Assembly: GCA_963713865.1 (NCBI GenBank)
Contig: OY970208.1
Coordinates: forward strand, 1,024,001-1,088,000
Reading direction: 5' to 3'
DNA from: an uncultured candidate division Zixibacteria bacterium
GTDB lineage: Bacteria > Zixibacteria > MSB-5A5 > RBG-16-43-9
DNA length: 64,000 nucleotides
A program made the position numbers and the translations under genes. The notes under the pieces were generated by a model. The model had not been told where the DNA came from and did not search any database. It saw only the letters and a list, made by a program, of their open reading frames with translations. This document shows, piece by piece, positions 29,677 to 40,648 of the stretch (its first letter is position 1; each line of letters starts with the position of its first letter).

Positions 29677-32600
29677 ATGAAAAGATTTTTTAGAAGTTTC
29701 CCGCTTGGTCTTTTTCTTATTCTCATTTTTTATCTTCCAGCCCGGGCCCAGAATAATGCTCCGGTATTGGATTCTATAGGACCCCAGAGCGTAGATGAAG
29801 GACAGGTATTAACCTTCCAGATTCACGCTACGGATGCAGATGGAGATAGTATAGTTCTAAATGCTACTAACATACCCGCCAATGTAACCTTTACCGATTC
29901 AGGAAATGGAGCGGGATCGTTCACTTTCAGCCCGGATTATACCCAGGCGAACATATATAATGTAACCTTTATAGTTACAGATACATCAGGCTCAGCAGAC
30001 AGCGAGGTAGTAGCGATAACGGTAAATAATGTAAATGATGCGCCGGTATTAGACTCGATAGGAGCAAAGAGTGTGAATGAGGGACAGGTATTGAGCTTCA
30101 GGGTACATTCCACAGATATCAATGGGGACAGTCTGATTTTGAGTGCGTTGAGCGTTCCCACCAATGCAGTCTTCACAGACAGCGGAAATGGAGCGGCTTC
30201 ATTTACTTTCAGTCCGGATTATACCCAGGCAAACATATATAATGTAACCTTTATTTCTACAGATACAGCAGGCTCAGCAGATAGCGAGGTAGTGGCGATA
30301 ACGGTGAATAATGTGAATAATGCCCCGGTTTTAGACTCGATAGGAGCAAAGAGTGTGAATGAGGGACAGGTATTGAGCTTCAGGGTACATTCCACAGATA
30401 TAAACGGAGACAGTCTGATTTTGAGTGCCTTGAACACACCGACCAATGGAGTCTTCACAGACAGCGGCAATGGAGCAGGCTCATTTACCTTCAGTCCGGA
30501 TTATACCCAGGCGAACATATATAATGTAACCTTTATTTCTACAGATACAGTAGGGGCTGCAGATAGTGAAGTAGTCCAAATTACGGTGGTGAGCGCAGGA
30601 AACCGAACACCGGTATTGGATTCTATAGGTTCAAGGAGTGTAAACGAGGGAGCTAATTTAACCTTCCGGGTACATTCTACAGATGCAGATGGAGACAGTA
30701 TAATTTTAAGTGCAACGAGTATACCTACCAATGCAACTTTTACTGATTCAGGTAATGGAGCGGGTTCGTTTACCTTTAATCCGAATTATACCCAAGCAGG
30801 AACTCATAATATCACTTTCAAAGCCACAGATCTATCTTCAGCGGTTGACAGCGAGGTAGTGGCGATAACGGTGAACAATGTGAATAATGCCCCGGGATTA
30901 GACTCAATCGGCTCAAAGAGTGTGAATGAGGGACAAGTATTGACATTTAGAGTTCACGCTACAGATATCAATGGAGACAGTTTAGTTTTGAGTGCTTTAA
31001 GCGTTCCCACCAATGCAATCTTCACGGACAGCGGAAATGGAGCAGGCTCATTTACTTTCAGCCCGGATTATACCCAGGCGAACATCTATAATGTAACCTT
31101 TATCGCTACAGATACATCAGGCTCAGCGGATAGCGAGGTAGTGGCGATAACGGTGAATAATGTAAATAATGCCCCGGTATTAGACTCAATCGGCTCAAAG
31201 AGTGTGAATGAGGGACAGGTATTGAGCTTCAGGGTACATTCCACAGATATCAATGGGGACAGTCTGATTTTGAGTGCGTTGAGCGTTCCCACCAATGCAG
31301 TCTTCACAGACAGCGGAAATGGAGCGGCTTCATTTACTTTCAGTCCGGATTATATCCAGGCGAACATATATAATGTAACCTTTATCGCTACAGATACATC
31401 AGGCTCAGCAGACAGTGAGGTAGTGGCGATAACGGTAAATAATGTAAATGATGCGCCGGTCTTAGACTCGATAGGACCGCAATTGGTTACTGAGGGTCAA
31501 GTATTAACCTTGAGAGTACATGCCGCAGACATAAATGGTGACAGGTTGATTTTGAGTGCTTTTAATGTTCCCACCAATGCCAGTTTTATAGATAGCACTA
31601 ATGGTTTAGGTTCATTTACCTTCAGTCCGGATTATACCCAGGCGGGTATATATAACGTAACCTTCGTAAGTACAGATACAGCAGGAGCGGCAGATAGTGA
31701 AGTGGTAGCGATAACAGTATTGAGCGCAGGGAATCAGACGCCTGTATTAGACCCGATTGGATCAAGGAATGTGAATGAGGCTTCAAATTTAACCTTTAGA
31801 GTTCATGCTACAGATGCAGATGGTGATGCTATTACATTGACCGCTACTAATCTTCCAGCTAACTCCTCTTTTGCCGATTCAGGTAATGGAGCGGGTTCGT
31901 TTACCTTTAATCCGAATTATACCCAAGCAGGAACTCATAATATCACCTTCAAAGCCACAGATCCATCTCTGGCGGTTGACAGCGAGGTAGTAGCAATTAC
32001 GGTGTACAATGTAAACAATCCGCCGGTCTTAGACCCCATAGGACCGAGGAGTGTGAATGAGGGGCAGGTATTAGCATTTAGAGTTCATGGAACAGATATA
32101 AATGGCGATAGATTGATTTTGAGTGCCTTGAACGTTCCCACCAATGCGACTTTCACTGACAGTGGTAATGGTTCAGGTGCATTTAGCTTCAGCCCGAATT
32201 ATACTCAGTCAGGAGTTTATAATGTGACCTTTGTAGCCACAGATACAGTGGGATCTGCGGATAGTGAGGCGGTGGTAATAACAGTGAACAATGTAAATCA
32301 GGCACCGATTTTAACCTATATTGGTCCGCGGAGTGTGATGGAAGATGATACATTGCTATTCAGGGTAAGTGCCACTGATCCAGATGGAACTTTTCCGACT
32401 CTAAGTACCGTGAATAGACCTGCGAATTCCAGCTTTGTGGATTCTGCAAACGGAGCTGGCTCATTCAGATTCACACCTGATACCACTCAATACGGGATAT
32501 ATTTTGTCACCTTCATATCCAGCGATGGGTCTTTAGCCGATAGTGAAATCGTTCAAATAACAGTAACTGAACAAGGAAATCAACCTCCAGTCATAGATTC

Positions 32601-35124
32601 AATTGGACCAAGATCAGTCAGGGAGGGGGATTCTCTGAACATTACAGTCAGAGCTACTGACCCAGAGGGTAGTATTCCAGTTTTAGGTGCAAGCAATACC
32701 CCATTTAATTCTATTTTCAAAGATAATCATAATGGCACCGGTCTCTTCATTTTTAAACCGAGCTATTATCAAGCTGGAGTGGACACAGTCACCTTTATTG
32801 CTACAGACACCGGTCATGTTTCTGATTTTGAGAATGTGGTTATAACTATAATAGATGTAAATCGACCTCCCACGATTGATTCTATACTTCCACAAAATGT
32901 AGCAGTTGGAGATACCCTGAGGATCAGAGTAGTGGGTAGAGATTCTTCGGATTGGAATGGGGGACGTTTATATATGACTGCAACGAATCTTCCTTTGAAT
33001 TCGACGTTTCAAGACAGCGGAAGTGGTATTGGCAAATTCAGGTTTATACCTAACAGCAGTCAGGTGGGTATTGATACTGTAACCTTTATGTGCACAGATG
33101 CTGAAATTCCAGCAATGACCGGAGTAAGAAATGTTACCATTACCGTAACCTCAGGTCCTAATAAACCTCCGGTCTTAAATCCAATTGGCTGGAAGATAGT
33201 AAATGAAGCTGAAACTCTGACCTTTAATGTCTCAGCTTCTGACCCGGATGGATCAATTCCAATTTTATATACCAACACTCTACCCAGAAATGCAGTTTTT
33301 GTAGATAGCGGGAATGGAAGAGGAACATTTACGTTTATGCCAGACTATGCTCAGCAGGGATTAAAGCAGGTAACCTTCTATGCTAGCGATGGTAGTTTAA
33401 TTGATTATGAAAATGTGCTGATTCAGGTTATAGATGCAGGTAACCAGAGACCGATTTTGCAGGCGATACCTCCGGACAGCGTTATGGAAGGAGATACCCT
33501 GCTAATAACTGTTCATGCGGATGATCCAGACAGCACTATACCAGCTTTATCTACTGGGGCATTACCCCTTAACGCTTATTTTACAGATCATCTAGATGGA
33601 AATGGAGTCTTTTGGTTTGCTCCTGTTTATGTGCAGTTTGGAGAGGATACCATAAAGTTCATAACTTCGGATGGCTTATTAGCTGATACTGAAACGGTTT
33701 TGATAACAGTGCTTGATGCTGGAAATCAGACTCCAGTTCTTTCTATACCCTACGATTCAACAACTGTAAATGAGAATGCCACTTTAAGCTTTACAGTTAC
33801 AGGGGTCGACCCGGATAGCGATAAGGTCATACCTGTACCTTACCTCAGGGCAACTAATTTACCGACTAATGCCACTTTTGATACTACTACATCTGGTAAA
33901 GTCAGAAGGGGAACATTCAGTTTCTCACCTGATTATTTCCAGGCAGGTAATTATACGGTATATTTCCGGGTGTTAGATTCTGAGGATACGCTGATGACCT
34001 CAGTTGACAGTATAAAGATAACGGTCATAAACGTTAATCGGAAACCTCATTTCACTCAATGCATATCTTCAGTAAATGTTAACGAGGGGAATACTTTGGT
34101 TATAAATGTCAAAGCAACGGATAATGATGGGCCAATCCCGAGATTAGATGTAAAACCAAAACCTTATTTAACCCATTTAGATTTTGTGGATAGCCTGAAC
34201 GGCACAGGAACACTTACCTTTACTCCGTATTATAACCAGGGGAATCAGAATCCAACAGTCTATTCGGATACTTTCATAGCAATAGACTCAGAATATCCAT
34301 CTGATACCGGTTACTGTTTGCCGCCAGCTACATTAATCTTGGTTTTTAATGTGCCCATGCCGCCGGTCATATCACCTATAAACGATACAAGTATAGTTGA
34401 AGGAGATACTTTAAGGATTGTCGTGCGTTTTTCTGATCCGGATAGTATACCTCCTGCTTTAGCGATAGTTAATCGACCAGCCAATTCTACTTTTACCTCT
34501 ATTAGTTACTATGGATGGTTCACCTTTACTCCTTCTTATGTCCAGTCAGGAGTTTATAATGTTAGCTTTATAGCTACGGATAATACCGCGTTAGCAGATA
34601 CTGAGCAGGTTCAGATCACTGTAATTGAGGCTGGTAACCAAAGGCCAATCCTGACTCATATTCCAGATACAATTGCAGTGGTTAGTGGTTCACAAAAGAG
34701 GGATACGCTAAACTTGCGTGTCAGTGCAACAGACCCGGATGGGACTATTCCTCATTTATATGCTAAGAATTTGCCTATAAATGCTACATTTATCGATAGC
34801 CTAAATGGAAGAGGGAGATTTACTTTTGCTCCAGATTCTGTTCAGGCTGATTCTATTTATGACGTAACCTTCATAGCTTCTGATGATACCTTGTCTGATA
34901 GTCTGACAGTCTCAATAACTGTAGTGTCCTATGTGCGAGGTGATGCAAATGGAAATGGGCAATGTAGTTTAGCAGATATAGTTTATTTAATTAACTACTT
35001 GTTTAAAGGTGGTCCAGCACCAAACCCCAGACAGGCTGGAGATGCTAATAGAGATAAAAAGGTTACTGTAGCTGATTGTGTCTATCTTATCAATTATCTT
35101 TTTAAAGGAGGCCCTCCTCCGTAA
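29677..35124 (+). CDS. Secreted protein with 18 tandem cadherin/Ig-like repeats and a C-terminal dockerin (paralogue of 21007)
   Basis: Near-identical signal peptide to 21007; counted 18 repeats; terminal dockerin [20 protein letters not shown]. Confidence 0.88.
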   Translation: MKRFFRSFPLGLFLILIFYLPARAQNNAPVLDSIGPQSVDEGQVLTFQIHATDADGDSIVLNATNIPANVTFTDSGNGAGSFTFSPDYTQANIYNVTFIVTDTSGSADSEVVAITVNNVNDAPVLDSIGAKSVNEGQVLSFRVHSTDINGDSLILSALSVPTNAVFTDSGNGAASFTFSPDYTQANIYNVTFISTDTAGSADSEVVAITVNNVNNAPVLDSIGAKSVNEGQVLSFRVHSTDINGDSLILSALNTPTNGVFTDSGNGAGSFTFSPDYTQANIYNVTFISTDTVGAADSEVVQITVVSAGNRTPVLDSIGSRSVNEGANLTFRVHSTDADGDSIILSATSIPTNATFTDSGNGAGSFTFNPNYTQAGTHNITFKATDLSSAVDSEVVAITVNNVNNAPGLDSIGSKSVNEGQVLTFRVHATDINGDSLVLSALSVPTNAIFTDSGNGAGSFTFSPDYTQANIYNVTFIATDTSGSADSEVVAITVNNVNNAPVLDSIGSKSVNEGQVLSFRVHSTDINGDSLILSALSVPTNAVFTDSGNGAASFTFSPDYIQANIYNVTFIATDTSGSADSEVVAITVNNVNDAPVLDSIGPQLVTEGQVLTLRVHAADINGDRLILSAFNVPTNASFIDSTNGLGSFTFSPDYTQAGIYNVTFVSTDTAGAADSEVVAITVLSAGNQTPVLDPIGSRNVNEASNLTFRVHATDADGDAITLTATNLPANSSFADSGNGAGSFTFNPNYTQAGTHNITFKATDPSLAVDSEVVAITVYNVNNPPVLDPIGPRSVNEGQVLAFRVHGTDINGDRLILSALNVPTNATFTDSGNGSGAFSFSPNYTQSGVYNVTFVATDTVGSADSEAVVITVNNVNQAPILTYIGPRSVMEDDTLLFRVSATDPDGTFPTLSTVNRPANSSFVDSANGAGSFRFTPDTTQYGIYFVTFISSDGSLADSEIVQITVTEQGNQPPVIDSIGPRSVREGDSLNITVRATDPEGSIPVLGASNTPFNSIFKDNHNGTGLFIFKPSYYQAGVDTVTFIATDTGHVSDFENVVITIIDVNRPPTIDSILPQNVAVGDTLRIRVVGRDSSDWNGGRLYMTATNLPLNSTFQDSGSGIGKFRFIPNSSQVGIDTVTFMCTDAEIPAMTGVRNVTITVTSGPNKPPVLNPIGWKIVNEAETLTFNVSASDPDGSIPILYTNTLPRNAVFVDSGNGRGTFTFMPDYAQQGLKQVTFYASDGSLIDYENVLIQVIDAGNQRPILQAIPPDSVMEGDTLLITVHADDPDSTIPALSTGALPLNAYFTDHLDGNGVFWFAPVYVQFGEDTIKFITSDGLLADTETVLITVLDAGNQTPVLSIPYDSTTVNENATLSFTVTGVDPDSDKVIPVPYLRATNLPTNATFDTTTSGKVRRGTFSFSPDYFQAGNYTVYFRVLDSEDTLMTSVDSIKITVINVNRKPHFTQCISSVNVNEGNTLVINVKATDNDGPIPRLDVKPKPYLTHLDFVDSLNGTGTLTFTPYYNQGNQNPTVYSDTFIAIDSEYPSDTGYCLPPATLILVFNVPMPPVISPINDTSIVEGDTLRIVVRFSDPDSIPPALAIVNRPANSTFTSISYYGWFTFTPSYVQSGVYNVSFIATDNTALADTEQVQITVIEAGNQRPILTHIPDTIAVVSGSQKRDTLNLRVSATDPDGTIPHLYAKNLPINATFIDSLNGRGRFTFAPDSVQADSIYDVTFIASDDTLSDSLTVSITVVSYVRGDANGNGQCSLADIVYLINYLFKGGPAPNPRQAGDANRDKKVTVADCVYLINYLFKGGPPP

Positions 35125-35739
35125 GCCCTTGTTTTAAAAAAGGTTTCTCTGAAGTTCAATATAGGAAACAGATATACATATAATCTATTGTCCAAAGGAT
35201 ATAAGGTTATTTACTCCCAGGTTTAGGGAATTTTTAACCCCTTTTATAATACAGTTACCTTAATCTTAATAATTACAGGGGATAAGGATAACCCTTAAGC
35301 CTTATCTTATTATCCAGGTTAAACTTTTAAGAAAATTTGTCGATTAGAATATTAATTAAAAATTGATAAAAAGAATAAAAAAAAGACTTGACAAATTGAG
35401 TAAAAAAGTTTAATTATAAAGTGGTAAGTCTTGGGTGTTAGTCAGGTTGGATTTTAAGATCAAAGAGTTAAGCCGTAGAAGTTTTTCTCCAAAGAACTTC
35501 TCAATAGATATTTTAACTTTTTCCTAACTTAAAAGACCAAAGAGCCAATTTAATTGTTTGCAGGAGGAAAGGGAGTGAGGGAAAAGTTAGGCAGGTTTTT
35601 TTATTAAAGCAGGAGGAGGAAATCCAAGCAGAAGTTTTAAAGATAATACTTTTCATTAATAAAGGAGGTGGTGTTAAGGTTTAATAATTATTTATCTAAA
35701 AATAGGAAGTAGTTTTAGTAACCAAGAAAGGAGCAAAAG

Positions 35740-38700
35740 ATGGCGAAAAGAGTTTTAGTCTTAGCCTTAAGTTTATTGCTGATAGCAAGCTTAAGTGCTT
35801 TTGGGGCGAAGAAGCCGGTGGAGAAGAAAGTGCTCCCGAGCATGGAGAAAATGAAGCCCGTAGATGAGAGTATAATCTACCCGTATCGTACTACGACCAC
35901 TTTAGAACCCAAGTTCTTCTTCCCGATGACAGATGACACCGTAGGCTGGACTTATTATGACTACCAGGAAAACAGTTCCGCACACCGCCGGATAGCCTAT
36001 GATTATCTGGGGAATCTGCATTTCGACTGGATGAATATGGTGGGTCCGGATTTGAGCGAGAACCGCTATATCGATTATAATGCTCGTTACTCAGATGGAA
36101 GCTGGCTAAATCCTGGCGCGGGTATGCATGTTACTAAACCCACAGGCAGAGGCGGGTATTGTGGTTTAGATATACTGCCGAATTCGAGGGAGGTATTAGC
36201 TTTCCACGATGTTGGCGGCGGGTACTATTCCTGTCTTGCCATAGAGAAGACCACTCCTGGATTAGGGCAGTTCAACATATTCGATGTTAGAGACGGAGTC
36301 CAAGGCAGTGTAGCTGACGACCATAGTACCTGGCCTATGATTGGCACTTCCAAAGCAGGGCATAGTGGCACCACTTATATTCATATAACTAATTTTGCTC
36401 AGAATGATTATGCTGGTTACCAGCGCTGTTATGAGAAAGCACCGGATTCTCTGATATGTCAATCACCGGGATGGACTGATACCATAAGGGTTAAGGCTGG
36501 TTATCTGCTGGAAGCTAACAGCAAAAACAAACAACCCTATATGTTTAACGGCACTCAAAATGGCAATGATGGCAAGATCACTTATATTGCAGCGCCGGTA
36601 GTTACTTCTCCTACTGGATCAGGACACGTGGCTATAATCTGGTATGATCAGACAGCTTCTGTCTTTTATCAGGGAGAGATGTATTATATAGAGTCCACCA
36701 CTGACGGGGATGACTGGATGGCCGGGAACAACCTAACACCCATAAAGATAACCAATTGGGGCGCCAATAACTGGAAAGATTACGATTTCTATTACACTGA
36801 GATAGCTGCAGTGTACGACTATAATAATGTGCTCCATGTATTCTTTACTGCCTCTGCTACTGGAAACGAAGGAGAAGATCTAAGTTTATTCCACTGGAGT
36901 ACAGCTACTGGTGATACCCTTCACAAAGTGGCTTCTCGGTATGTAGCCGCAAATTGCGGTGCTTGGGATTACGGTATTGCCAAGCCGACCGCGGGTGTAG
37001 AATATCAGGTGGGAAATGCGGCTTACAATTATCTCTATGTGGTTTACGCCGGGTACAAGGATGACGACGTATCTTTAGCTGGTTATGCCAATGCGGATAT
37101 ATATAAGAAAGTATCTGCCACTGGCGGCCGGAACTGGGGACCTGAGGTGAACCTGACCAATACCAATACAGATGGCTGTGACAACGGGGACTGCGAAAGT
37201 GAAGCTTGGCCTACAGTAGCCGAGAGGGTGGGAGACTATATGTATGTCAGCTATCTTTATGATTTAGATGCCTCTGGTGCTATCACCCCTGAAGGTGGAT
37301 ATACCCTCGATCCGTTTCGCTACCTGAAGGATCCACGCGAGTTAGTTCCAGCAGTTGCCGGTAAGGACTTTACCCCAAGTATGATGATTAGTCCGGTCAG
37401 ATGGGCTAAAAACGGAGCAAGCAAAGCTGATGCTTTTACCTTTGCGAATACTGGTACAGCGACTTTGTATGTGAAGATCAGTACACCTCCCTATGTAACT
37501 GCAGTTCCGGCTCAATTCAGTATCCTACAGCTTTCGGCACCGGTGAATGTTAACCTGACCTTCAGCGGAGCCGGGAAACAAGATACCTTCTTAGTAGGCC
37601 AGATAATGATTGAGTCAAACAATGGCTTATTAGGTGGTGGAGAGACCTATGTAGATACTGAGTATGCGAAGTTCCACTTTGTGGTAACTGACACCTTCTA
37701 CTATCCTGAATATGACACAGCAAATTTACATGTTAGAGCGGTCGTTTCCAACGTAGGGAACATAGGACACCAGGAAGATGACGATCTGACCGGCAACGGG
37801 ATGAACTATAATGGATATAATTATCTATTTGAGTTTACTCCGGTTTTTGTTACTGATGATATCGGTGGAGAGGGTCCTGTGGGCTTTACCTGGTTACATG
37901 ATCACCATGACTTTTTACCCGAAGCTCACGTGAAGTCGCAGACTTATAACTATCTATTGAGCACATCATCGTCCGTAAAGGTCAAAGTAATATACGATAA
38001 GTTTAGCCTTGTTTTTCCAGGACGTCTTACTTCTCATGGCGACTTCCACTCATGGTGGAGCTACTGGACTAAGTATTCTCAGGTCATGGTCTTCGACTCC
38101 CCTCCGGTTATTCTGGTATACAACTGGTGGTACTGGAATCCGCCTCCGATATGGTGGGATGATCTTACCGGATCTACAAATCCGCAAGGAGGTTATTTTG
38201 GCATAGCGGCTGACTGGGATATCCAAGCTAAACATGGCTCAGATAACTGGGGTGGTTATGATGAGGATTTGAATCTAATCTGGCAGCAGGGAGACAGTGC
38301 TGAGTTCCTGAACTACTATGGTGCCTTCCAATTCTTAGATGCGGAAGTAACGCAAGGTGGCTCTACCATCTACCACGGCACCGCACCGTTGAGCGCTTAC
38401 GTTTTGAACAACGCTAAACAGCTCTATCCTTATAGCGGGTATAATGATGATTCCCTGTATAAGTTTATGTCAACAACTGGCTTTTCAGTTGAGCAGGAAG
38501 ATTCTATGCAGGATAATAATATGCTGATGTCAATGGCTCAGGTAACTGCTCCTGATCCCACCACTGTAATTGAGCTGAAATATTTATTACTGGTAACTGA
38601 TAAGGGTTTAGATAGTTTGAAAGCCAACGCGGCTAAGTTATCTGAGATAATTGCACAGTGTACTTCTTTATCTGGAGATGCCAATGGTGATGGAAAGATT

Positions 38701-38883
38701 TCGGTTTCGGATGTGGTATATCTTATAAATTATCTATTCAAAGGTGGTCCGCTACCGGTTAATCCAAGTGATGCCAATGGCGATGGAAAGATTTCGGTTT
38801 CGGATGTGGTTTACCTGATTAATTACCTGTTTAAGGGCGGTCCTCCTCCTGTAACTGGTCCTATACCAATTTGGTGTGAGTGA
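35740..38883 (+). CDS. Large secreted protein (beta-propeller/BNR-like N-terminal half, unknown function) with C-terminal dockerin
   Basis: Signal peptide; STTDGDDW and SATGGRNW Asp-box-like motifs; two [24 protein letters not shown] repeats. Confidence 0.75.
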   Translation: MAKRVLVLALSLLLIASLSAFGAKKPVEKKVLPSMEKMKPVDESIIYPYRTTTTLEPKFFFPMTDDTVGWTYYDYQENSSAHRRIAYDYLGNLHFDWMNMVGPDLSENRYIDYNARYSDGSWLNPGAGMHVTKPTGRGGYCGLDILPNSREVLAFHDVGGGYYSCLAIEKTTPGLGQFNIFDVRDGVQGSVADDHSTWPMIGTSKAGHSGTTYIHITNFAQNDYAGYQRCYEKAPDSLICQSPGWTDTIRVKAGYLLEANSKNKQPYMFNGTQNGNDGKITYIAAPVVTSPTGSGHVAIIWYDQTASVFYQGEMYYIESTTDGDDWMAGNNLTPIKITNWGANNWKDYDFYYTEIAAVYDYNNVLHVFFTASATGNEGEDLSLFHWSTATGDTLHKVASRYVAANCGAWDYGIAKPTAGVEYQVGNAAYNYLYVVYAGYKDDDVSLAGYANADIYKKVSATGGRNWGPEVNLTNTNTDGCDNGDCESEAWPTVAERVGDYMYVSYLYDLDASGAITPEGGYTLDPFRYLKDPRELVPAVAGKDFTPSMMISPVRWAKNGASKADAFTFANTGTATLYVKISTPPYVTAVPAQFSILQLSAPVNVNLTFSGAGKQDTFLVGQIMIESNNGLLGGGETYVDTEYAKFHFVVTDTFYYPEYDTANLHVRAVVSNVGNIGHQEDDDLTGNGMNYNGYNYLFEFTPVFVTDDIGGEGPVGFTWLHDHHDFLPEAHVKSQTYNYLLSTSSSVKVKVIYDKFSLVFPGRLTSHGDFHSWWSYWTKYSQVMVFDSPPVILVYNWWYWNPPPIWWDDLTGSTNPQGGYFGIAADWDIQAKHGSDNWGGYDEDLNLIWQQGDSAEFLNYYGAFQFLDAEVTQGGSTIYHGTAPLSAYVLNNAKQLYPYSGYNDDSLYKFMSTTGFSVEQEDSMQDNNMLMSMAQVTAPDPTTVIELKYLLLVTDKGLDSLKANAAKLSEIIAQCTSLSGDANGDGKISVSDVVYLINYLFKGGPLPVNPSDANGDGKISVSDVVYLINYLFKGGPPPVTGPIPIWCE

Positions 38884-38916
38884 GCTTTCCTTCAAGGCAG
38901 GTTAGAGATTTAAAGT

Positions 38917-38956
38917 TTATGGGATTCCGTTCCAAAACGGAGTCCCATAACTTTTT
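38917..38956 (+). terminator. Rho-independent terminator
   Basis: TTATGGGATTCCGTT / AACGGAGTCCCATAA stem followed by CTTTTT. Confidence 0.65.
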
Positions 38957-39119
38957 AAAAGAGGGGTTAAACTTTAAAGAAGATGCGTTTCTTTGATGGT
39001 AACATCTAAGTTAGCTCTTCTCATAAGATTATTCCCTTGCTTGTTTTTATTAAGGTTCTAATTTATGGTAATAATAGTCAAACTTTTTCGTATTTTATTA
39101 TAGCTATACGTTAGGTATA

Positions 39120-39282
39120 ACAACGTTCCTTGAAATGTGGTTAGTTATAGATTTGTTTGGAGGGAGAACCCATTCTATTCTGTGTAGCGTTAAAGGTGCT
39201 AACTGGGTTAGTATTCTCTCAGCGTTAAATATGGTTTATCTAATCAACTATTTATTCAGAGGTTGACTTTCACCAGGTTGTG
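39120..39282 (+). pseudogene. Decayed dockerin remnant
   Basis: Intergenic frame reads [28 protein letters not shown], matching [27 protein letters not shown]. Confidence 0.6.
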
Positions 39283-39511
39283 AAAAAATAAAAAAATCTT
39301 AATTTTTTTGTTGACAAATTATCTGGCTTTGATTATATACTTAAAAAGTGAGTATAATTAAGTAGAAACATCTTTAATATTTTAACGTTAAGGAGGTGGT
39401 TTGGCATATACTATAGCTAAAGCCGATAAAAGCTCTACGGCTCGTAGAGAGGTGGAAAGAAGGAATGAAGAAAACAAAAACTATAACAATTATTAGGAGA
39501 GGGGTGAAAAA

Positions 39512-40357
39512 ATGAAAAGAAACTTAACCTTAGTATTTTTATTATCTCTATTTTGTTTGACAAGCTTTAATTTGGCCTTAGCTCAGGACTCTGGAATAAG
39601 GGATACCTGTTATGTTGATCGAATAACGAAAGTGCGTCCGGATACTCAAGTGATTATGAATATTTATATTGTTAACGATGAGGCCTTAGGTGCATTTACT
39701 ATTCCCCTGAGATTTCCGGATTCTATTTCAACTTTAGATATTACCTGCGATTCTATTAGCTTTGTGGGCACCAGATCTGAATCAGCCGCATATAAAAGCG
39801 ATGCAACCTCCATAAATAATGCTAAAAACAGACTGGTGGCATTAGCGATTTGGATTACGGAACTTGGCATAGGAAATGTAGCAAGTGGCCCTGTGGCTAA
39901 GATATACTTTACAACCGGTTCTTCGTGGGATTCAACCAGTTATGTTCCAGTAGATACTGTTATATGGCCTCCTATATCAGAGTTAGAATTTGTACCTTCA
40001 GCAACTGGCATAGGATTTATGCCAGTCTTCTTGAAAGGTGCTTTAGAGGTAAGAGAGGTTAATACTCCATCAATACCTACGGTTTTCAGCCTTTCTCAGA
40101 ACTATCCTAATCCTTTTAACCCCAAGACACTGATAAGGTTTACCCTTCCAAAGGATTCCTGGGTTAATATAGAGGTGTATAACATCTTAGGGCAGAGGGT
40201 AAAAACTCTGGTGAATGAGAAACTTACTGCTGGAGTAAAAGAAGTGGAATGGGATAGTAAAGGTGATAATGGACTTGAGGTTGCCAGTGGGATCTATTTT
40301 TATAGAATTAAAGCAGATGATTTTTCAGACATAAAGAAAATGGTTATGCTGAAATAG
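39512..40357 (+). CDS. Secreted single-cohesin protein with C-terminal sorting domain (anchoring-scaffoldin-like)
   Basis: QDSGIRDTC..IYIVNDEALGAFTIPL..CDSISFVG; NYPNPFNP..KKMVMLK. Confidence 0.8.
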   Translation: MKRNLTLVFLLSLFCLTSFNLALAQDSGIRDTCYVDRITKVRPDTQVIMNIYIVNDEALGAFTIPLRFPDSISTLDITCDSISFVGTRSESAAYKSDATSINNAKNRLVALAIWITELGIGNVASGPVAKIYFTTGSSWDSTSYVPVDTVIWPPISELEFVPSATGIGFMPVFLKGALEVREVNTPSIPTVFSLSQNYPNPFNPKTLIRFTLPKDSWVNIEVYNILGQRVKTLVNEKLTAGVKEVEWDSKGDNGLEVASGIYFYRIKADDFSDIKKMVMLK

Positions 40358-40389
40358 TTTTTAGGTAACTTATTTTTAAACAGTAAGTT

Positions 40390-40422
40390 AAGCCCCATTC
40401 ATTAAACTGAATGGGGCTTTTT
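40390..40422 (+). terminator. Rho-independent terminator
   Basis: AAGCCCCATTC / GAATGGGGCTT stem plus T-tract. Confidence 0.75.
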
Positions 40423-40547
40423 AATTATATTATTATAGTTAAAACAATAATTTTGAAGAGGCAACTTTTTAACTCTTTGATTATTAATATGTTACAATGA
40501 TAGATAAGATAATCTTATAAAATTTGTTTTATATTTCATATTTTATA

Positions 40548-40576
40548 TTGACAAAATGAGCTTAAGATTATAAAAT
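40548..40576 (+). promoter_or_regulatory. sigma70-like promoter
   Basis: TTGACA-N17-TAAAAT. Confidence 0.6.
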
Positions 40577-40648
40577 ATAAGAACTTTTAGAAAAGATCCT
40601 TTAATTTAAAGGGAAGAAGTATAAAAAATAAAAAAATATAAAATATCG

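Noticed and set aside
21007-35124. Regular repeats as a CRISPR array, and the repeated antisense ORFs as genes
   Set aside because: The period is ~282 nt, in frame and degenerate at third positions: these are protein domain repeats and their antisense shadows. No cas genes.
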